Assembly: GCA_963707025.1 (NCBI GenBank)
Contig: CAVPOM010000018.1
Location: 256,001-320,000, forward strand
Direction of reading: 5' to 3'
Source: an uncultured Verrucomicrobiae bacterium
GTDB lineage: Bacteria > Verrucomicrobiota > Verrucomicrobiia > Limisphaerales > Palsa-1400
Length of the DNA stretch: 64,000 nucleotides
Shown here piece by piece: positions 31,641-42,014 of this stretch. The translations under genes and the position numbers were made by a program. Numbering within the stretch: position 1 is the stretch's first letter; each line of letters starts with the position of its first letter. The notes below the pieces were generated by a model. That model was not told the origin of the DNA. It worked only from the letters and a program-made list of their open reading frames with translations, and made no database searches.

Positions 31641-32093
31641 TCAGGTTTCCTTGCTGTGCCTGAGGAAGGCCTGGAGTTGCTCGGGATGGGTGCGCCAGAA
31701 GCGGACGAGCTTGGTGAAAATGTGCAGGGTCTCCGGCTTGAGATGGTGTTCGATGGCCTCCACCTCCTCCTGCACCGTCCCGGGACTCAAGCCGAGAAGA
31801 TCGAGCATGGCGGTGAGGGTTTGATGGCGCACCTTGATGTGGCTGGCCACGGCCCGGCCCCGGGGGGTCAGGGTGAAGCCGCGGTATTTTTCGTAATTGA
31901 CAAAGCCGCGCGCGGCCAGGCGGCGCACCATGTTGGAGACGGCCGATTTGCTCAAGCCCAGCGAATCGGCGATATCGGTCACGCGGGCATAGCCCTTCCG
32001 GTCCACCAATTCCTGGATGCGCTCCAGGTGGTCTTCGGTGGATTCCGACCGGCCGCGGGCGGCGGTCTGGGCCAGGCGCTGTTTTCCTTTCAC
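31641..32093 (-). CDS. mntR: Manganese-dependent transcriptional regulator (DtxR/MntR family)
   Basis: EDHLERI, GYARVTDIA, YEKYRG..LT..G, EAIEHH; divergent from Nramp gene. Confidence 0.88.
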   Translation of the reverse strand: MKGKQRLAQTAARGRSESTEDHLERIQELVDRKGYARVTDIADSLGLSKSAVSNMVRRLAARGFVNYEKYRGFTLTPRGRAVASHIKVRHQTLTAMLDLLGLSPGTVQEEVEAIEHHLKPETLHIFTKLVRFWRTHPEQLQAFLRHSKET

Positions 32094-32145
32094 GCCCTTT
32101 TTAATAGCAAAGGGCGCGGCGGATGGCCAGTCTTTCCCGTCCGCC

Positions 32146-32218
32146 AGTATTAGCCGCCCCTAAAATTATTAAGCTCAATACATTTTATTTGCGTTAATAG
32201 ACAGCCTGCGCTAAAGCT
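32146..32218. promoter_or_regulatory. Two candidate MntR boxes in divergent promoter region
   Basis: TATTAGC-CGCC-CCTAAAA and TAGACAGC-CTGC-GCTAAAG resemble the AGC-N4-GCT core of the enterobacterial MntR box. Confidence 0.45.
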
Positions 32219-32271
32219 GGGAAGTGACCGAAACAGACTTTTTTGCAGCCGGCGGGGGGCGGGGGCGGTAA

Positions 32272-33696
32272 ATGGAGACGCTGCCGCCCATGGACACGCG
32301 CGCCGCGCGCGGGCAGGAAGGCGTCGTGCCGCCGCCCGGCCATCGGTCGCTGGAGGGGATCCACAGCACGGTGGCGGTGCCTTCCGGCCAGGCTGGTTTC
32401 TGGCAGAACTGGCGGGCGTTTGTCGGGCCGGCGCTGCTCATCAGCGTCGGCTACATGGACCCGGGCAATTGGGGCACCGACTTGCAGGGCGGCGCGCAAT
32501 TCAAATACGGGCTGCTCTGGGTGGTCGGGCTGGCCAGCCTGATGGCCATTTTCATGCAGGTCATCTCCTCCCGCTTGGGGATAGTGACCGGGAAGGACCT
32601 GGCCCAGTGCTGCCGGGATTGGTACCCGCGCTGGACGCGCTGGCCCAACTGGTTGTTCAGCGAACTGGCCATCGGCGCCTGCGATCTGGCGGAGGTGCTC
32701 GGCAGCGCCGTCGCCATCAACATCATGTTCCATATCCCGCTGTTCTGGGCGGTCATCATTACGGGGCTGGACGTATTGCTTCTCCTGGCCCTGCAACGCT
32801 TTGGCATCCGCACCATCGAGGCGGTGGTGCTGGTGCTGATCGCCACCATCGGCGTGTGCTACTACATCGAAATCTTCATTCTCCCGCAGACCCACCCCGG
32901 GTTTGGGGAGATGGGGCGCGCCCTGGTGCTGCCCGGCCTGGGGCAAGCCGGGATGCTTTACCTGGCCATCGGCATTATCGGGGCCACCGTCATGCCCCAC
33001 AACCTTTACTTGCACTCCGCCCTGGTGCAAAGCCGCAAGCTGGAGAAGGGGGAAGCCTCCATCCGCACCGCCATCCGGTTTAATACCATTGACTCGGTCA
33101 CGGCCCTGACGGTCGCCTTCTTCGTCAACGCCGCCATCATGGTGCTGGCCGCGATGGTCTTCTACGGAAAGACCAGCGTCACCGTGGCCGGCGGGCAGCT
33201 TGTCACCTTCAGCCCCGACAGCGACTGGATTCGCATCGCCTACCTGACGCTGGCGCCCTTGATGGGCACGGCCGCGGCCAGCACGTTGTTCGTGGTGGCC
33301 CTGCTGGCCAGCGGACAGAGCAGCACCATCACGGGCACGCTGGCCGGCCAGGTGGTGATGGAGGGCTTTATGCGCTGGAGAATCCGGCCGTGGTTGCGCC
33401 GGCTCATCACCCGCACCCTGGCGATTATCCCGGCGGTGCTCATCATCGGGCTGCGCGGCGACAGCAGCGTGACTGATTTGGTCAACCTCAGCCAGGTGGT
33501 GCTGGCCCTCCAGCTCCCCTTCGCCATGTTCCCCTTGCTCCATTTCACCAGTTCCCGCGCGCGCATGGGCGCCTGGAAAAACGGCTGGTTCCTCATGGTG
33601 GCCGGCTGGGGCAGCGCGCTGCTGATTACGGCGATGGACATTTTGGGATTGCCCGACTCGCTGAAGTCGGCCTGGCAAATCATCATCGGCAAATGA
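32272..33696 (+). CDS. mntH: Nramp-family divalent metal (Mn2+) transporter
   Basis: GYMDPGNW, GATVMPHNLYLHS, GQSSTITGTLAGQ. Confidence 0.95.
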   Translation: METLPPMDTRAARGQEGVVPPPGHRSLEGIHSTVAVPSGQAGFWQNWRAFVGPALLISVGYMDPGNWGTDLQGGAQFKYGLLWVVGLASLMAIFMQVISSRLGIVTGKDLAQCCRDWYPRWTRWPNWLFSELAIGACDLAEVLGSAVAINIMFHIPLFWAVIITGLDVLLLLALQRFGIRTIEAVVLVLIATIGVCYYIEIFILPQTHPGFGEMGRALVLPGLGQAGMLYLAIGIIGATVMPHNLYLHSALVQSRKLEKGEASIRTAIRFNTIDSVTALTVAFFVNAAIMVLAAMVFYGKTSVTVAGGQLVTFSPDSDWIRIAYLTLAPLMGTAAASTLFVVALLASGQSSTITGTLAGQVVMEGFMRWRIRPWLRRLITRTLAIIPAVLIIGLRGDSSVTDLVNLSQVVLALQLPFAMFPLLHFTSSRARMGAWKNGWFLMVAGWGSALLITAMDILGLPDSLKSAWQIIIGK

Positions 33697-33763
33697 GGGG
33701 TGCGGATTTCCGCCGCCGCTCCGCCGGGGGAAGCCCTGGGGGAGAAGGCGGATTTCCGCGGTG

Positions 33764-35791
33764 TCAATAGGAAAAAAGGGAGTAGCCCAGGAGGTCGGAG
33801 ACCTGGTCGAGCTGCAGCAAATAGCCGGGCATGGCCTCGACCGGCACCGTTTCCGCCAGCGAATCATACTCGTGCTCCACCAGCACCTTGTCCCCGGAGC
33901 GGGCCACGGTTTTGTGGAAATGAAAAGCCGGATTATTGATGGCCCACTGGCCCGGCTCAACCGGGACGGAAAGGGGCAGGGTGATTTCCGCGCGAAAGAC
34001 CTGGTGTTGGGGATGGCTCAATCCCAAGGGCATGGAGCGAAAGGACACCAGCGGCTTTCGCACGGCGCGGTCAATGTTGTAGGAATAAAACCGGCAGACA
34101 TAGCCAGGCCCCGCCGGCAAGGGACTCCAGATCTTTTCGATCTGATAATAATCGGTCACCACCACTTGGTTGGCCTTTTCGTCGTCGCTGTACTCCAGCG
34201 GAACCACGCGCACGATGCCGGGATAAAGGGCGGCGAACGCATTTAAGTTCTCATTGGCGATGACGGAAGGCTCCGTGGTGGAAAACCGCCGCCGCATCGC
34301 GTCGGCATCGGCGCCGTCGGTGATGGTAACGACTTTGAGCTCGGTGGGCAGGCCCAGGACGCGGACCAGGGCGTATTCCAGCACGGTGGTTTTCGGCGGA
34401 ACGGGACACTCCGGGATGACGGCCAGGCTGGTCGTTTTCGCATGGAGGACCAGGCCCCGCCCGTAATTGGGCCAGGAGCGGGCCGCCAGCGGGCCGCGCT
34501 CAAAACCCGCCGTCGGGTCCAGCCAGTAGTTCTGGCTGTCCACCGAGACCTGGACGATGGCGTGATCAAAGACGGCGGCGGTGGGTTGCCAGTCCTGAAT
34601 GGTCTGACGCCAAACCGTGGACACCAAAACCGGATTGGCTTCGATGCCCAGCGCGCGCAGAATGGTCACGCAGAGCATGGTCTTGTCCTTGCAATCGCCA
34701 AAGCGGCGGGCAAAGACCAGGGAAGGATCGGCCGGGGTGAAGGCTTCCGCGCCGGTTTCAATTCCCTGGTAGCGGACTTCGTCCTGCAAAAAGCGCAGGA
34801 CGGCCAGCACCCGTTCCTCCGGGCCGGGCAGACGGCGCCACTCCTTGATCTGCCGGGCCAGTTCCGGCGAGAGAGGCGTGGCGTTGGTGAAGATGGTCAG
34901 CTCCCACTGGCTGACCTCGGACCATTTTTGGCACTCACTCCATTGCACCCAGGGCCGGGGGTCGTACCAGACGGGCAGGGGGTCCTCGCGCCGCAGGCCC
35001 GGCACCTTCTTGTAATCCCAGGTGTACTCCATCAAATCATTCTTTTTGACGACGAATGGTTTGGAGTCGGTCCCGTGGTTCTTGAAGTAAAGATGCCGGT
35101 CGGTGGGCCAAAGCAACCGGGTGGCCAGATGCTCCACCGGCTCGTACTGCCGCACCACCACGGCCCTGGACATTTTGGCCCCGCCGGCCGGATTGTCCCC
35201 TTGAATGGTCCAGGCGTAATCCACAATGTCGCCCGCCCGCACATCGTCCAGGAGGAGGAGGGCCGTTTTCTCACCGGTGAAAAGATACTGGTCCAGATCG
35301 CGTTCCGGCTGGATGACCCTGACTTTTTCCAGGTCCAGTTTGTCGAAGGTATTGGGGCCACGCCAGATTCTGGCCCAGTGCAGGACCAGGGATTGGCGGC
35401 TGGGATTAAAATCAATGGAGAGATGGGAGCTGTTTTGCACGCCCTCCCGGGTCAACAACTGGCGCGCCTCGTGATGAAAAGTCTCCTGGGTGCGGGCATT
35501 GACCTGGACATCGCGCAAGAGGAGACGGGATTCCAGGCCCGAATTCAAATCTTCCGCCTTGGTCAGCCGCTGGAAGGCCAGCGGGGCAATCCAGGGCGAA
35601 CAAGGGGCCAGGCTCACGCCAGGATCAGCCGCCTGGGCCACGCCTGCCAAAACCGCCAAGGCGAAAAACCAGCGCGCTTTGCCGCGACACCTTCCGTGCA
35701 AAACGGTTTCCCGGCAAACGTCCGACCGCAAAATGTCCGCGCCGGCATTCAAAGGATTCAAAAACTCACTTATGCGACCGCCAGGGAACAT
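33764..35791 (-). CDS. DUF3857 + transglutaminase-like domain protein (start uncertain)
   Basis: DVRAGDIVDY, RRFGDCKDK, FDHAIV, WLDPT (Cys-His-Asp triad). Confidence 0.85.
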   Translation of the reverse strand: MFPGGRISEFLNPLNAGADILRSDVCRETVLHGRCRGKARWFFALAVLAGVAQAADPGVSLAPCSPWIAPLAFQRLTKAEDLNSGLESRLLLRDVQVNARTQETFHHEARQLLTREGVQNSSHLSIDFNPSRQSLVLHWARIWRGPNTFDKLDLEKVRVIQPERDLDQYLFTGEKTALLLLDDVRAGDIVDYAWTIQGDNPAGGAKMSRAVVVRQYEPVEHLATRLLWPTDRHLYFKNHGTDSKPFVVKKNDLMEYTWDYKKVPGLRREDPLPVWYDPRPWVQWSECQKWSEVSQWELTIFTNATPLSPELARQIKEWRRLPGPEERVLAVLRFLQDEVRYQGIETGAEAFTPADPSLVFARRFGDCKDKTMLCVTILRALGIEANPVLVSTVWRQTIQDWQPTAAVFDHAIVQVSVDSQNYWLDPTAGFERGPLAARSWPNYGRGLVLHAKTTSLAVIPECPVPPKTTVLEYALVRVLGLPTELKVVTITDGADADAMRRRFSTTEPSVIANENLNAFAALYPGIVRVVPLEYSDDEKANQVVVTDYYQIEKIWSPLPAGPGYVCRFYSYNIDRAVRKPLVSFRSMPLGLSHPQHQVFRAEITLPLSVPVEPGQWAINNPAFHFHKTVARSGDKVLVEHEYDSLAETVPVEAMPGYLLQLDQVSDLLGYSLFSY

Positions 35792-35840
35792 AACATTTGG
35801 CCGGCTATTTGAAAAGCCGAGAATGCGCCGGGCACTTGGT

Positions 35841-36170
35841 TCAATCCTGTCTGGGCGGTTCGAGCAACCTTCGCGGCAGGTCGCGCCGCCCATGCACCGC
35901 ACGGCGCATCACGACCTCTCCGGAGAGGATTTCGTAAAAGAGGACATGTTTTTTAAACGGGCGAAAGACGAGAAAAAAGCGCCAGTCACGCAACCGCTGA
36001 TGCGCAAAGCCGCCGCGCGGCCCAAGCCCAGGATGCCTTCCCAACAGTTGACAGGTGGCCTGCACTGAGTCGAGATAATGATCGGCCACATCCCAGCCCG
36101 CATGGGCGACGTACCAATCGAACTGCTGTTCAACGTCGGCGATGAAATCGTCCGTCTTGCGGACGTTCAT
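35841..36170 (-). CDS. ParE/RelE-family toxin
   Basis: HPGLG, FRPFKKHVLFY, RAVHGRRDL; downstream of small antitoxin. Confidence 0.85.
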   Translation of the reverse strand: MNVRKTDDFIADVEQQFDWYVAHAGWDVADHYLDSVQATCQLLGRHPGLGPRGGFAHQRLRDWRFFLVFRPFKKHVLFYEILSGEVVMRRAVHGRRDLPRRLLEPPRQD

Positions 36171-36427
36171 GAGGCGGGCGATTCAACGCGCGCCCGCGCT
36201 CGTTCCCGGATGGCCGTGAAATCCGCTGCCGTCAGCGGCGTGGCTGGCTTGTCCGCGGCTTCCAACAACCAGGCTTCGAGGTCGGGCGTGACGGTGAAAG
36301 GCCTGGACTGCTGGTCGCGCACGGAGCGAAGCACATCATTAACGAGGTTGCTGGCATCAGCACAAATCCCTGCCTGAACTTGCTCCTGCAAAAAATCTTC
36401 AACGTCTTTGGCCAATGCAATCCTCAT
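36167..36427 (-). CDS. ParD-like antitoxin
   Basis: MRIAL..DVEDFLQEQVQAG...ASNLVNDVLR ribbon-helix-helix-like; ATGA overlap with toxin. Confidence 0.8.
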   Translation of the reverse strand: MRIALAKDVEDFLQEQVQAGICADASNLVNDVLRSVRDQQSRPFTVTPDLEAWLLEAADKPATPLTAADFTAIRERARARVESPAS

Positions 36428-36585
36428 CAATTCAATATGCAGGGGAGGAAAGGCCGTGTCAAATGCTCATCCGTTCCGCGGCGGTTTCTCTCCCGCCCAG
36501 ATCGAGTCACTATTGAACTGCATCCAGAAGAACCAAGCAGCAGGACTGCGAGGGTTGCGAGAGCAAGGCAACGAAATTTCTTCAT
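36427..36585 (-). CDS. Small lipoprotein-like ORF (52 aa), possibly truncated
   Basis: Hand-translated MKKFRCLALATLAVLLLGSSGCSSIVTRSG...; lipobox SSG-C; TGATG overlap with antitoxin start. Confidence 0.5.
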   Translation of the reverse strand: MKKFRCLALATLAVLLLGSSGCSSIVTRSGRERNRRGTDEHLTRPFLPCILN

Positions 36586-36735
36586 AGCTGCGATTGCGAC
36601 CGGATTTTATTATATGCCGTCCGGTTCGTCTTTCGAAAACAGTCTTCTCGCCGAATCCGAAATTCCCAAGTCGTTGATCATCAACATTACTTCCTCTTAA
36701 TATGCCACCGACGGCTCGCTTATTGAAATACAAAA

Positions 36736-37719
36736 TCAATGCAGCACGGCTTGCGCCAGCGGACCGGCGGGGAGATCTAGGATCTGAACGCTGGAGATGG
36801 TTTTGATCGTTTGGCGGCCGTAAAATGTCCAGACCACGCGTTTGTCGGGAGTGACTTCAATCAAGTCCGGAGCGGTGCCAAATTGATTGTGGCCCAGCCA
36901 GTTGGCCATGACGGTGTTGCCGTTGGGCAGGCGTTGCAGACCGGCCATGAACTTCAGACTGATGCCGGGCAACTCATCGCCTTGCACCTGCCAGACGGTC
37001 TTTCCGGCCGGATCGGCCTCGAACACGCGGCGGCCGCCCTGGCCGTCGGCGCAGGCAATCAAGGTGTTGCCGCCGGGCAGGCGCACCACGCTGTGGGGGC
37101 CGCCGGCGGCGGGGATTTCCAGCACCACTTTGCCCAGCGGGTCGTACTCGCGCACGACTTGATCGCCGTAATGGGCCACCAGATAGTTGCCGCTGGCCAG
37201 GCGGCGCGCGTTGCGCATGTAGGTGTGGCCGCCGTTTTTGCCCTCGGGCAGCAAGCGCAGTTGCTGGACGATCCGGCTGTCCGGGTCAACTTCCAGCAAG
37301 CGGCCCGCGCTGCATTCGCCGATGAACGTGTTGCCGTTGGCCAGGCGCTGGCAGGCGTAAATTTCACTGGAGGAGTTGTACTGGAAAACCACCCGGTGAT
37401 CGCGTGTGACCTCTTTGACCCCGTGGCCGGTGGTGAACAGAATATGGCCGCCGGGCAGAGCCCAAACATCATTGGCGTTGGTGGCGCCATCGTATTCCCA
37501 CTCAATCCTGCCTTCCGGCGAAACGATGAAGACTTTGCCTTGAGTGTAGTCGGTGCAGACGAAGGAGTGTCCCAATCCGCTTTCAGACTGGGCGTGGATT
37601 GCCATCGCCAGCACTGTGACAGGGAAAATGTGAAAGATGCGCCCCGCGCAGCGCCGGGCCGGCCGGGCGGGAGCGACCGCCCTCCTCAACCAATTGCCAC
37701 AAGCGCAAAGCAATCTCAT
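36736..37719 (-). CDS. Beta-propeller repeat protein
   Basis: Repeated RL.NGNT(LF)I...EV.P.G.IVW blades; TAATG coupling to GH gene. Confidence 0.75.
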   Translation of the reverse strand: MRLLCACGNWLRRAVAPARPARRCAGRIFHIFPVTVLAMAIHAQSESGLGHSFVCTDYTQGKVFIVSPEGRIEWEYDGATNANDVWALPGGHILFTTGHGVKEVTRDHRVVFQYNSSSEIYACQRLANGNTFIGECSAGRLLEVDPDSRIVQQLRLLPEGKNGGHTYMRNARRLASGNYLVAHYGDQVVREYDPLGKVVLEIPAAGGPHSVVRLPGGNTLIACADGQGGRRVFEADPAGKTVWQVQGDELPGISLKFMAGLQRLPNGNTVMANWLGHNQFGTAPDLIEVTPDKRVVWTFYGRQTIKTISSVQILDLPAGPLAQAVLH

Positions 37720-38891
37720 TATCGCGAAACCGGGGCTGGCAGCGTGGCGGCGGGTCGCAGCCAGGCCGAGGCGCACCACAAAACGGGCGCCTGGCCGTGC
37801 AGGTCGCCGGTGAGGCGTTGGCGCGTCAGATAATACTCCAGATCATTTCTTTTGTTGGTGCCTTCACAAACGTCGCGGATCTCGGAGTGATCGTTGATGG
37901 ATTGGACCAGTCCCAGCCAGCCCCGGCGCGCCGCCGCGGCGTAGGCCGGCCCGTCCAGCCAGCCGTTCTTGACGCCGGTGATGAGGGCAAAGGTGAACAT
38001 GCCGGAGCCGGAAGTTTCCGCGAAGGATTCCGGGTGGTCAACAAGCTGGCGCCACAAGCCGTCCTGGCCCTGGTAGGGGAGCAAGGAGGCCATCATTTTT
38101 TTGTAGCCGTCCAGGATGCGGGCGCGTTGCGGATGGTTCTGCGGCAGCGACCGCAACAGCTCGCTCATGCCGGCGGCCACCCAGCCGTTGCCGCGTCCCC
38201 AAAAAAACGGCGCGTCGGGAGCGTGATAAAACAAGCCGTTGCTTTGTTGCAATGCGTCCAGGTAGGCGGTCATTTCCAGGGCGGCGTGATCGAGATACTG
38301 GGGCTGGCCGGTGGCGCGGAAGGCCTGGACCTGCACCAGGGTAATCATGAACATGTCGTCAATCCAGAAACGGGAATGCCAGCTCAAGCCGCGCTCCACC
38401 CAGCCGGAGACTTGGGGACTGAGCCTGGCCCTGGCGTTGCCGACGGGCGTTTCCCATTGGGCGTCGGCGAACCGTTTGCCCAAATCCAGATATTTCTGCT
38501 CCCGGGTCTGGATGAAAATCTCCAGCGGGACGGAGCCGAAAACCGTGGAGTCCACGTTGACCGGACGCGGCACCAGCCTGGCTTCCTCGCCCAAGAGCGG
38601 GTCGAAGCGCCGGATGAGCCGGGCCGCCAGGTCGTGGTTGCTGCTTAATTGGGCGAAGGTCAGCGCGCCATACCAGGCGCACGTCTCTGGATATATGATT
38701 GACGTTACCGCATTGGTCCGGCCCGGATTCCCATGGGGGGTGAGGACGAAATGTTCCGCCACGCGCAGGCCGACTTCCTGCGGCGAAGCGCCCTTGGGCC
38801 AGGACGCCTCCCCGGCCCGGAGCAGCGGCGCGGCGGAGACAGCGCCGGCGATGACGGCCGCGGTCAATCCCCGTAAAATTCCGTTGTTCAT
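37719..38891 (-). CDS. Glycoside hydrolase family 88/105 protein
   Basis: WIDDMFM, GLFYH, WGRGNGW, GLWRQL, ETSGSGMF. Confidence 0.9.
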   Translation of the reverse strand: MNNGILRGLTAAVIAGAVSAAPLLRAGEASWPKGASPQEVGLRVAEHFVLTPHGNPGRTNAVTSIIYPETCAWYGALTFAQLSSNHDLAARLIRRFDPLLGEEARLVPRPVNVDSTVFGSVPLEIFIQTREQKYLDLGKRFADAQWETPVGNARARLSPQVSGWVERGLSWHSRFWIDDMFMITLVQVQAFRATGQPQYLDHAALEMTAYLDALQQSNGLFYHAPDAPFFWGRGNGWVAAGMSELLRSLPQNHPQRARILDGYKKMMASLLPYQGQDGLWRQLVDHPESFAETSGSGMFTFALITGVKNGWLDGPAYAAAARRGWLGLVQSINDHSEIRDVCEGTNKRNDLEYYLTRQRLTGDLHGQAPVLWCASAWLRPAATLPAPVSR

Positions 38892-40231
38892 GGTTTCTTC
38901 AATTTTTCCAATGCCGGCCGCTCAACGATGGCGGTGGCCCACAGGAAACCCGCGACCGCTTCCTTGGCATTGATCTTTTGTTGGTATTTGATGTAGGCTT
39001 GCCAGTTGTTTTGGACGCCCACGCCGTCGCAGGCGCTGTAAATGTCCACCAGGCCCTTGTCATTGATTTTGGCGTTTTGCGTGATGCCGGCGTAACCCTT
39101 GGCCACCACCGGCCCGTATTCCTTTTTATCGAGCAAACCAAGTTCAATGCCCTTTTGCAATGCGTAAGTGAACATGGCGCTGCCGGAATTGTCCGTCCAA
39201 TTGCCGGGGAGGCCGCCCTTGTCCACGACCTGAAACCAGCGGCCGCTGGCGGCATCCTGGGTGCGTTTCAACCCGGCGGCGAGACGGCGGAAAATGTCTT
39301 CCACCTCGGGGCGGCGCGCGTGGCCGGGCGGCAAAACCGCCAGCGTTTCGACCACGACCAGGGCATACCAGCCGAGGCCTTCGCTCCAAACTTCCGGCGA
39401 CAATCCGGTTTGGCCGTCGGCCCACTTCGGGACGTTGCCGCCGTGGCCCGGTTCAAAAACCCCATGCAGATAAAGTCCCGAGTCGTCGCGCTGGGCGCGC
39501 CGGGCATAGACGGTGATTTGTTGGGCGGCCTCGTCCCAGCAATACGGGCTGTCGCCGATGGATTTGCCGTAGCGGATGACAAACATCTGACCCATGAAAA
39601 TGCCGTCAATCCACATCTGGCCGTTCATGGCGCGGTTGTGCCAGAAACCGCCGTCGCGGTTGCGCGGATAATCGTCCAGCGCGCGCCGGATCTTTTCGGC
39701 GGCTTTGCGGTAGCGCTCGTCCTGGGTGTCTTCGTAGAGCATGACCAGGGTGGTGCCGGTCATCATGTTGTCCAGGTTGTTGAAATTGGGGCGGTTGGTC
39801 TGGCCTCGGGCGTTGACCACGCCGCGAAAAGCGCCGTTTTCGTCCACGAACTGGTCAATGTAACGCCTGGCATAGTCAAAATACTTTTTGTCTCCCGTGG
39901 CGCGATAGAGCATGTCAAAGCCGTAAAGCTCATAGCCGTTGACGTACGTCCAGGAATTGAAATAGGCCTTGGCGAAATCCGGCCAGCGCGCCATGATCGT
40001 CGCGGCGGCGGCGACCGACCAAAACGGCGGTGCCTGGCCCGGCGGGTAATCCAGGCGCGCTTCCGGCGAGGCGGTGACGGCGGCGTCCGGGATGGCCGGC
40101 GTTTGGGGAGAAGGCCCCGCCGGCAACGCGCCAGCCAGGGCGGTGGTGGAGAAAAACAGAACCGCCGTCGCGTACCGAAGCGGGCCGCGAACCATAAACC
40201 CGGGCAAGGCGGACTGGCGGCGGATTTTCAT
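38888..40231 (-). CDS. GH105 unsaturated uronyl hydrolase-like protein
   Basis: NLDN, GGFWH, QMWIDGIFM, GLYLH, WSEGLGW, WFQVVD. Confidence 0.9.
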   Translation of the reverse strand: MKIRRQSALPGFMVRGPLRYATAVLFFSTTALAGALPAGPSPQTPAIPDAAVTASPEARLDYPPGQAPPFWSVAAAATIMARWPDFAKAYFNSWTYVNGYELYGFDMLYRATGDKKYFDYARRYIDQFVDENGAFRGVVNARGQTNRPNFNNLDNMMTGTTLVMLYEDTQDERYRKAAEKIRRALDDYPRNRDGGFWHNRAMNGQMWIDGIFMGQMFVIRYGKSIGDSPYCWDEAAQQITVYARRAQRDDSGLYLHGVFEPGHGGNVPKWADGQTGLSPEVWSEGLGWYALVVVETLAVLPPGHARRPEVEDIFRRLAAGLKRTQDAASGRWFQVVDKGGLPGNWTDNSGSAMFTYALQKGIELGLLDKKEYGPVVAKGYAGITQNAKINDKGLVDIYSACDGVGVQNNWQAYIKYQQKINAKEAVAGFLWATAIVERPALEKLKKP

Positions 40232-40596
40232 GTTATACAATTACAAAATCAGCCCCGGCGTCCGCCAGAACATTTGCACGACATTCTCTTTGCCCGATTC
40301 CCGCGCGCAAGAACCCCTGCAAACCCGCTGGCGCAAAAAAGGCCCACATTCCGAAGGGAGTTCCCCCCGGAATGTGGGTTTGCAGAAACGAAAACCAACA
40401 ATTCCCAATATTCCCTGTATTCATATCGGCATTCCTTCTAAAAAAGATTAGAGGCGGTTGAAACCGAATGGCGGGATAATCACCGTCTGGCCGGCCAGGG
40501 ACGCCCCCGGACCCCTCTGTCGCCCGGCAAACGGTCTGCCTGCCTGCCACTCTCACTTTCAGCGAAGGCAATCGTCGTCGGCGCGGGCGCGCCCGC

Positions 40597-41955
40597 TCAT
40601 TTTTGGGCCAAATCCACGCAGACGATTTCTTGATCGTTTCGCGCATACATCCGCCGATTGGCGAAGGCAGGATGCGACCAGACCACCGGGCGGCCGGGAT
40701 CGCGATTGGCCGGCTCAATGACGTGCGCCCGGCTGATCTCCTCATAGCCCTTGGGCGTGAGCCGGGCGATGATCAAATCGCCCTTTTCGTTGAACAGGAA
40801 AAAGCGGTCCTGATTCTTGATAATGAAGGCATTGGCCCAGCGCATGGCCTTGCCGTCGGCGGTGGTGGCGCTCAGAGTTTCCCAAACCCGCTCTCCGGTG
40901 CCGGCCTTGAGGCAGCGCAATTGGCCGTAGCTGCAAACCCCGTAGATATATCCGTCCTGCAGGAAAGGCGTGCTCAAGGTCGAATGCAACCCGTCGGTGT
41001 TCTGTTCGCTGACGCGCTGGCTTTGCCAGACGGTCGCGGCCAGCGGTTTGGAGGCATCCAGCCGGAGCATCCACGAGCCGTTGTAAAAACAGGTCAGAAA
41101 AAGCAAATCGTCCATTTGCCGCGGCGTCGGGATCGTCATGCCGGCGCGCACAGGCTCCGGCGACTTCAAGGACCAATAAACTTTGCCCGTTTCCGGATCC
41201 AGCGAATTGACCGATTCCGGATGCCAAACGATCAGTTGCCTGACGCCGCCCGCCTGAAAGATCACCGGGGAACAGTAGCCCGGCTCCTTGGCGCTCAGTG
41301 CCCGCCAGATTTCCCGGCCGGTGTTTTTGTCCAAAGCGACCACCGTCGAGTTGGAGCCGGCGGCCAGGCAAATCAGCCGGTTGCCGTCCAGCAGCGGGTT
41401 TCCCGCGAAGCCCCACGTCGGGGTCTTGATCTTGTAATCCTCTTTGAAATCCCGCGACCACACGACCCTGCCCGTCGCCGCGTCCAGGCAGAACAAATTG
41501 CCTTCCGCTCCGAGCGCGAAGACTTTGCCCTCGCTGACCACGGGCGTGGTGCGCGGACCAGCCGGGTAGGCCACGGTATAGGGACAGTCGTATTCGTGCC
41601 GCCACAGGACTTTGCCATCGTCCGCGTTCAGGCAGACAATCCGCTCGGTGCCAGGGATGCTCCCGCGCTCCATCGCGTTGGTCGGTCTGTCGGAGGCTTT
41701 GGCAAACTGGTGGTCGAGGAGATAGACGCGCCCTCGGGCCACAGCGGGGCCGGAATAGCCGGAGCCGATGGCCGCGCGCCACACCACCGGCGGACCGCCG
41801 GCCGGAAACGAACTGACGATGCCGGACTCGCGCCAAACGCTGTCCCTCTCCGGCCCAAGCCACTGCGGCCAATCGTCAGCCCGCAAGCCGGCCGCACAGC
41901 CCATCGCCAGCGCGGCCATCCCTATTCCACGCCTAAAAAATCCTTTTGATTGCAT
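40597..41955 (-). CDS. PQQ-like beta-propeller repeat protein
   Basis: DDWPQWLGP, GYSGP, GPRTTP, CLDAATG..VW, WSHPAFAN. Confidence 0.88.
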   Translation of the reverse strand: MQSKGFFRRGIGMAALAMGCAAGLRADDWPQWLGPERDSVWRESGIVSSFPAGGPPVVWRAAIGSGYSGPAVARGRVYLLDHQFAKASDRPTNAMERGSIPGTERIVCLNADDGKVLWRHEYDCPYTVAYPAGPRTTPVVSEGKVFALGAEGNLFCLDAATGRVVWSRDFKEDYKIKTPTWGFAGNPLLDGNRLICLAAGSNSTVVALDKNTGREIWRALSAKEPGYCSPVIFQAGGVRQLIVWHPESVNSLDPETGKVYWSLKSPEPVRAGMTIPTPRQMDDLLFLTCFYNGSWMLRLDASKPLAATVWQSQRVSEQNTDGLHSTLSTPFLQDGYIYGVCSYGQLRCLKAGTGERVWETLSATTADGKAMRWANAFIIKNQDRFFLFNEKGDLIIARLTPKGYEEISRAHVIEPANRDPGRPVVWSHPAFANRRMYARNDQEIVCVDLAQK

Positions 41956-42014
41956 TAGACAGTCTGGTGTTGCCGCCCGGCAAAGTCCATTCCGAAACAT
42001 GCAGCGCGCACCAT

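Noticed and set aside
36467..36739. 90-aa minus-strand ORF from the track
   Set aside because: No recognisable features; the overlapping 52-aa frame with a clear lipoprotein signal is the better candidate.
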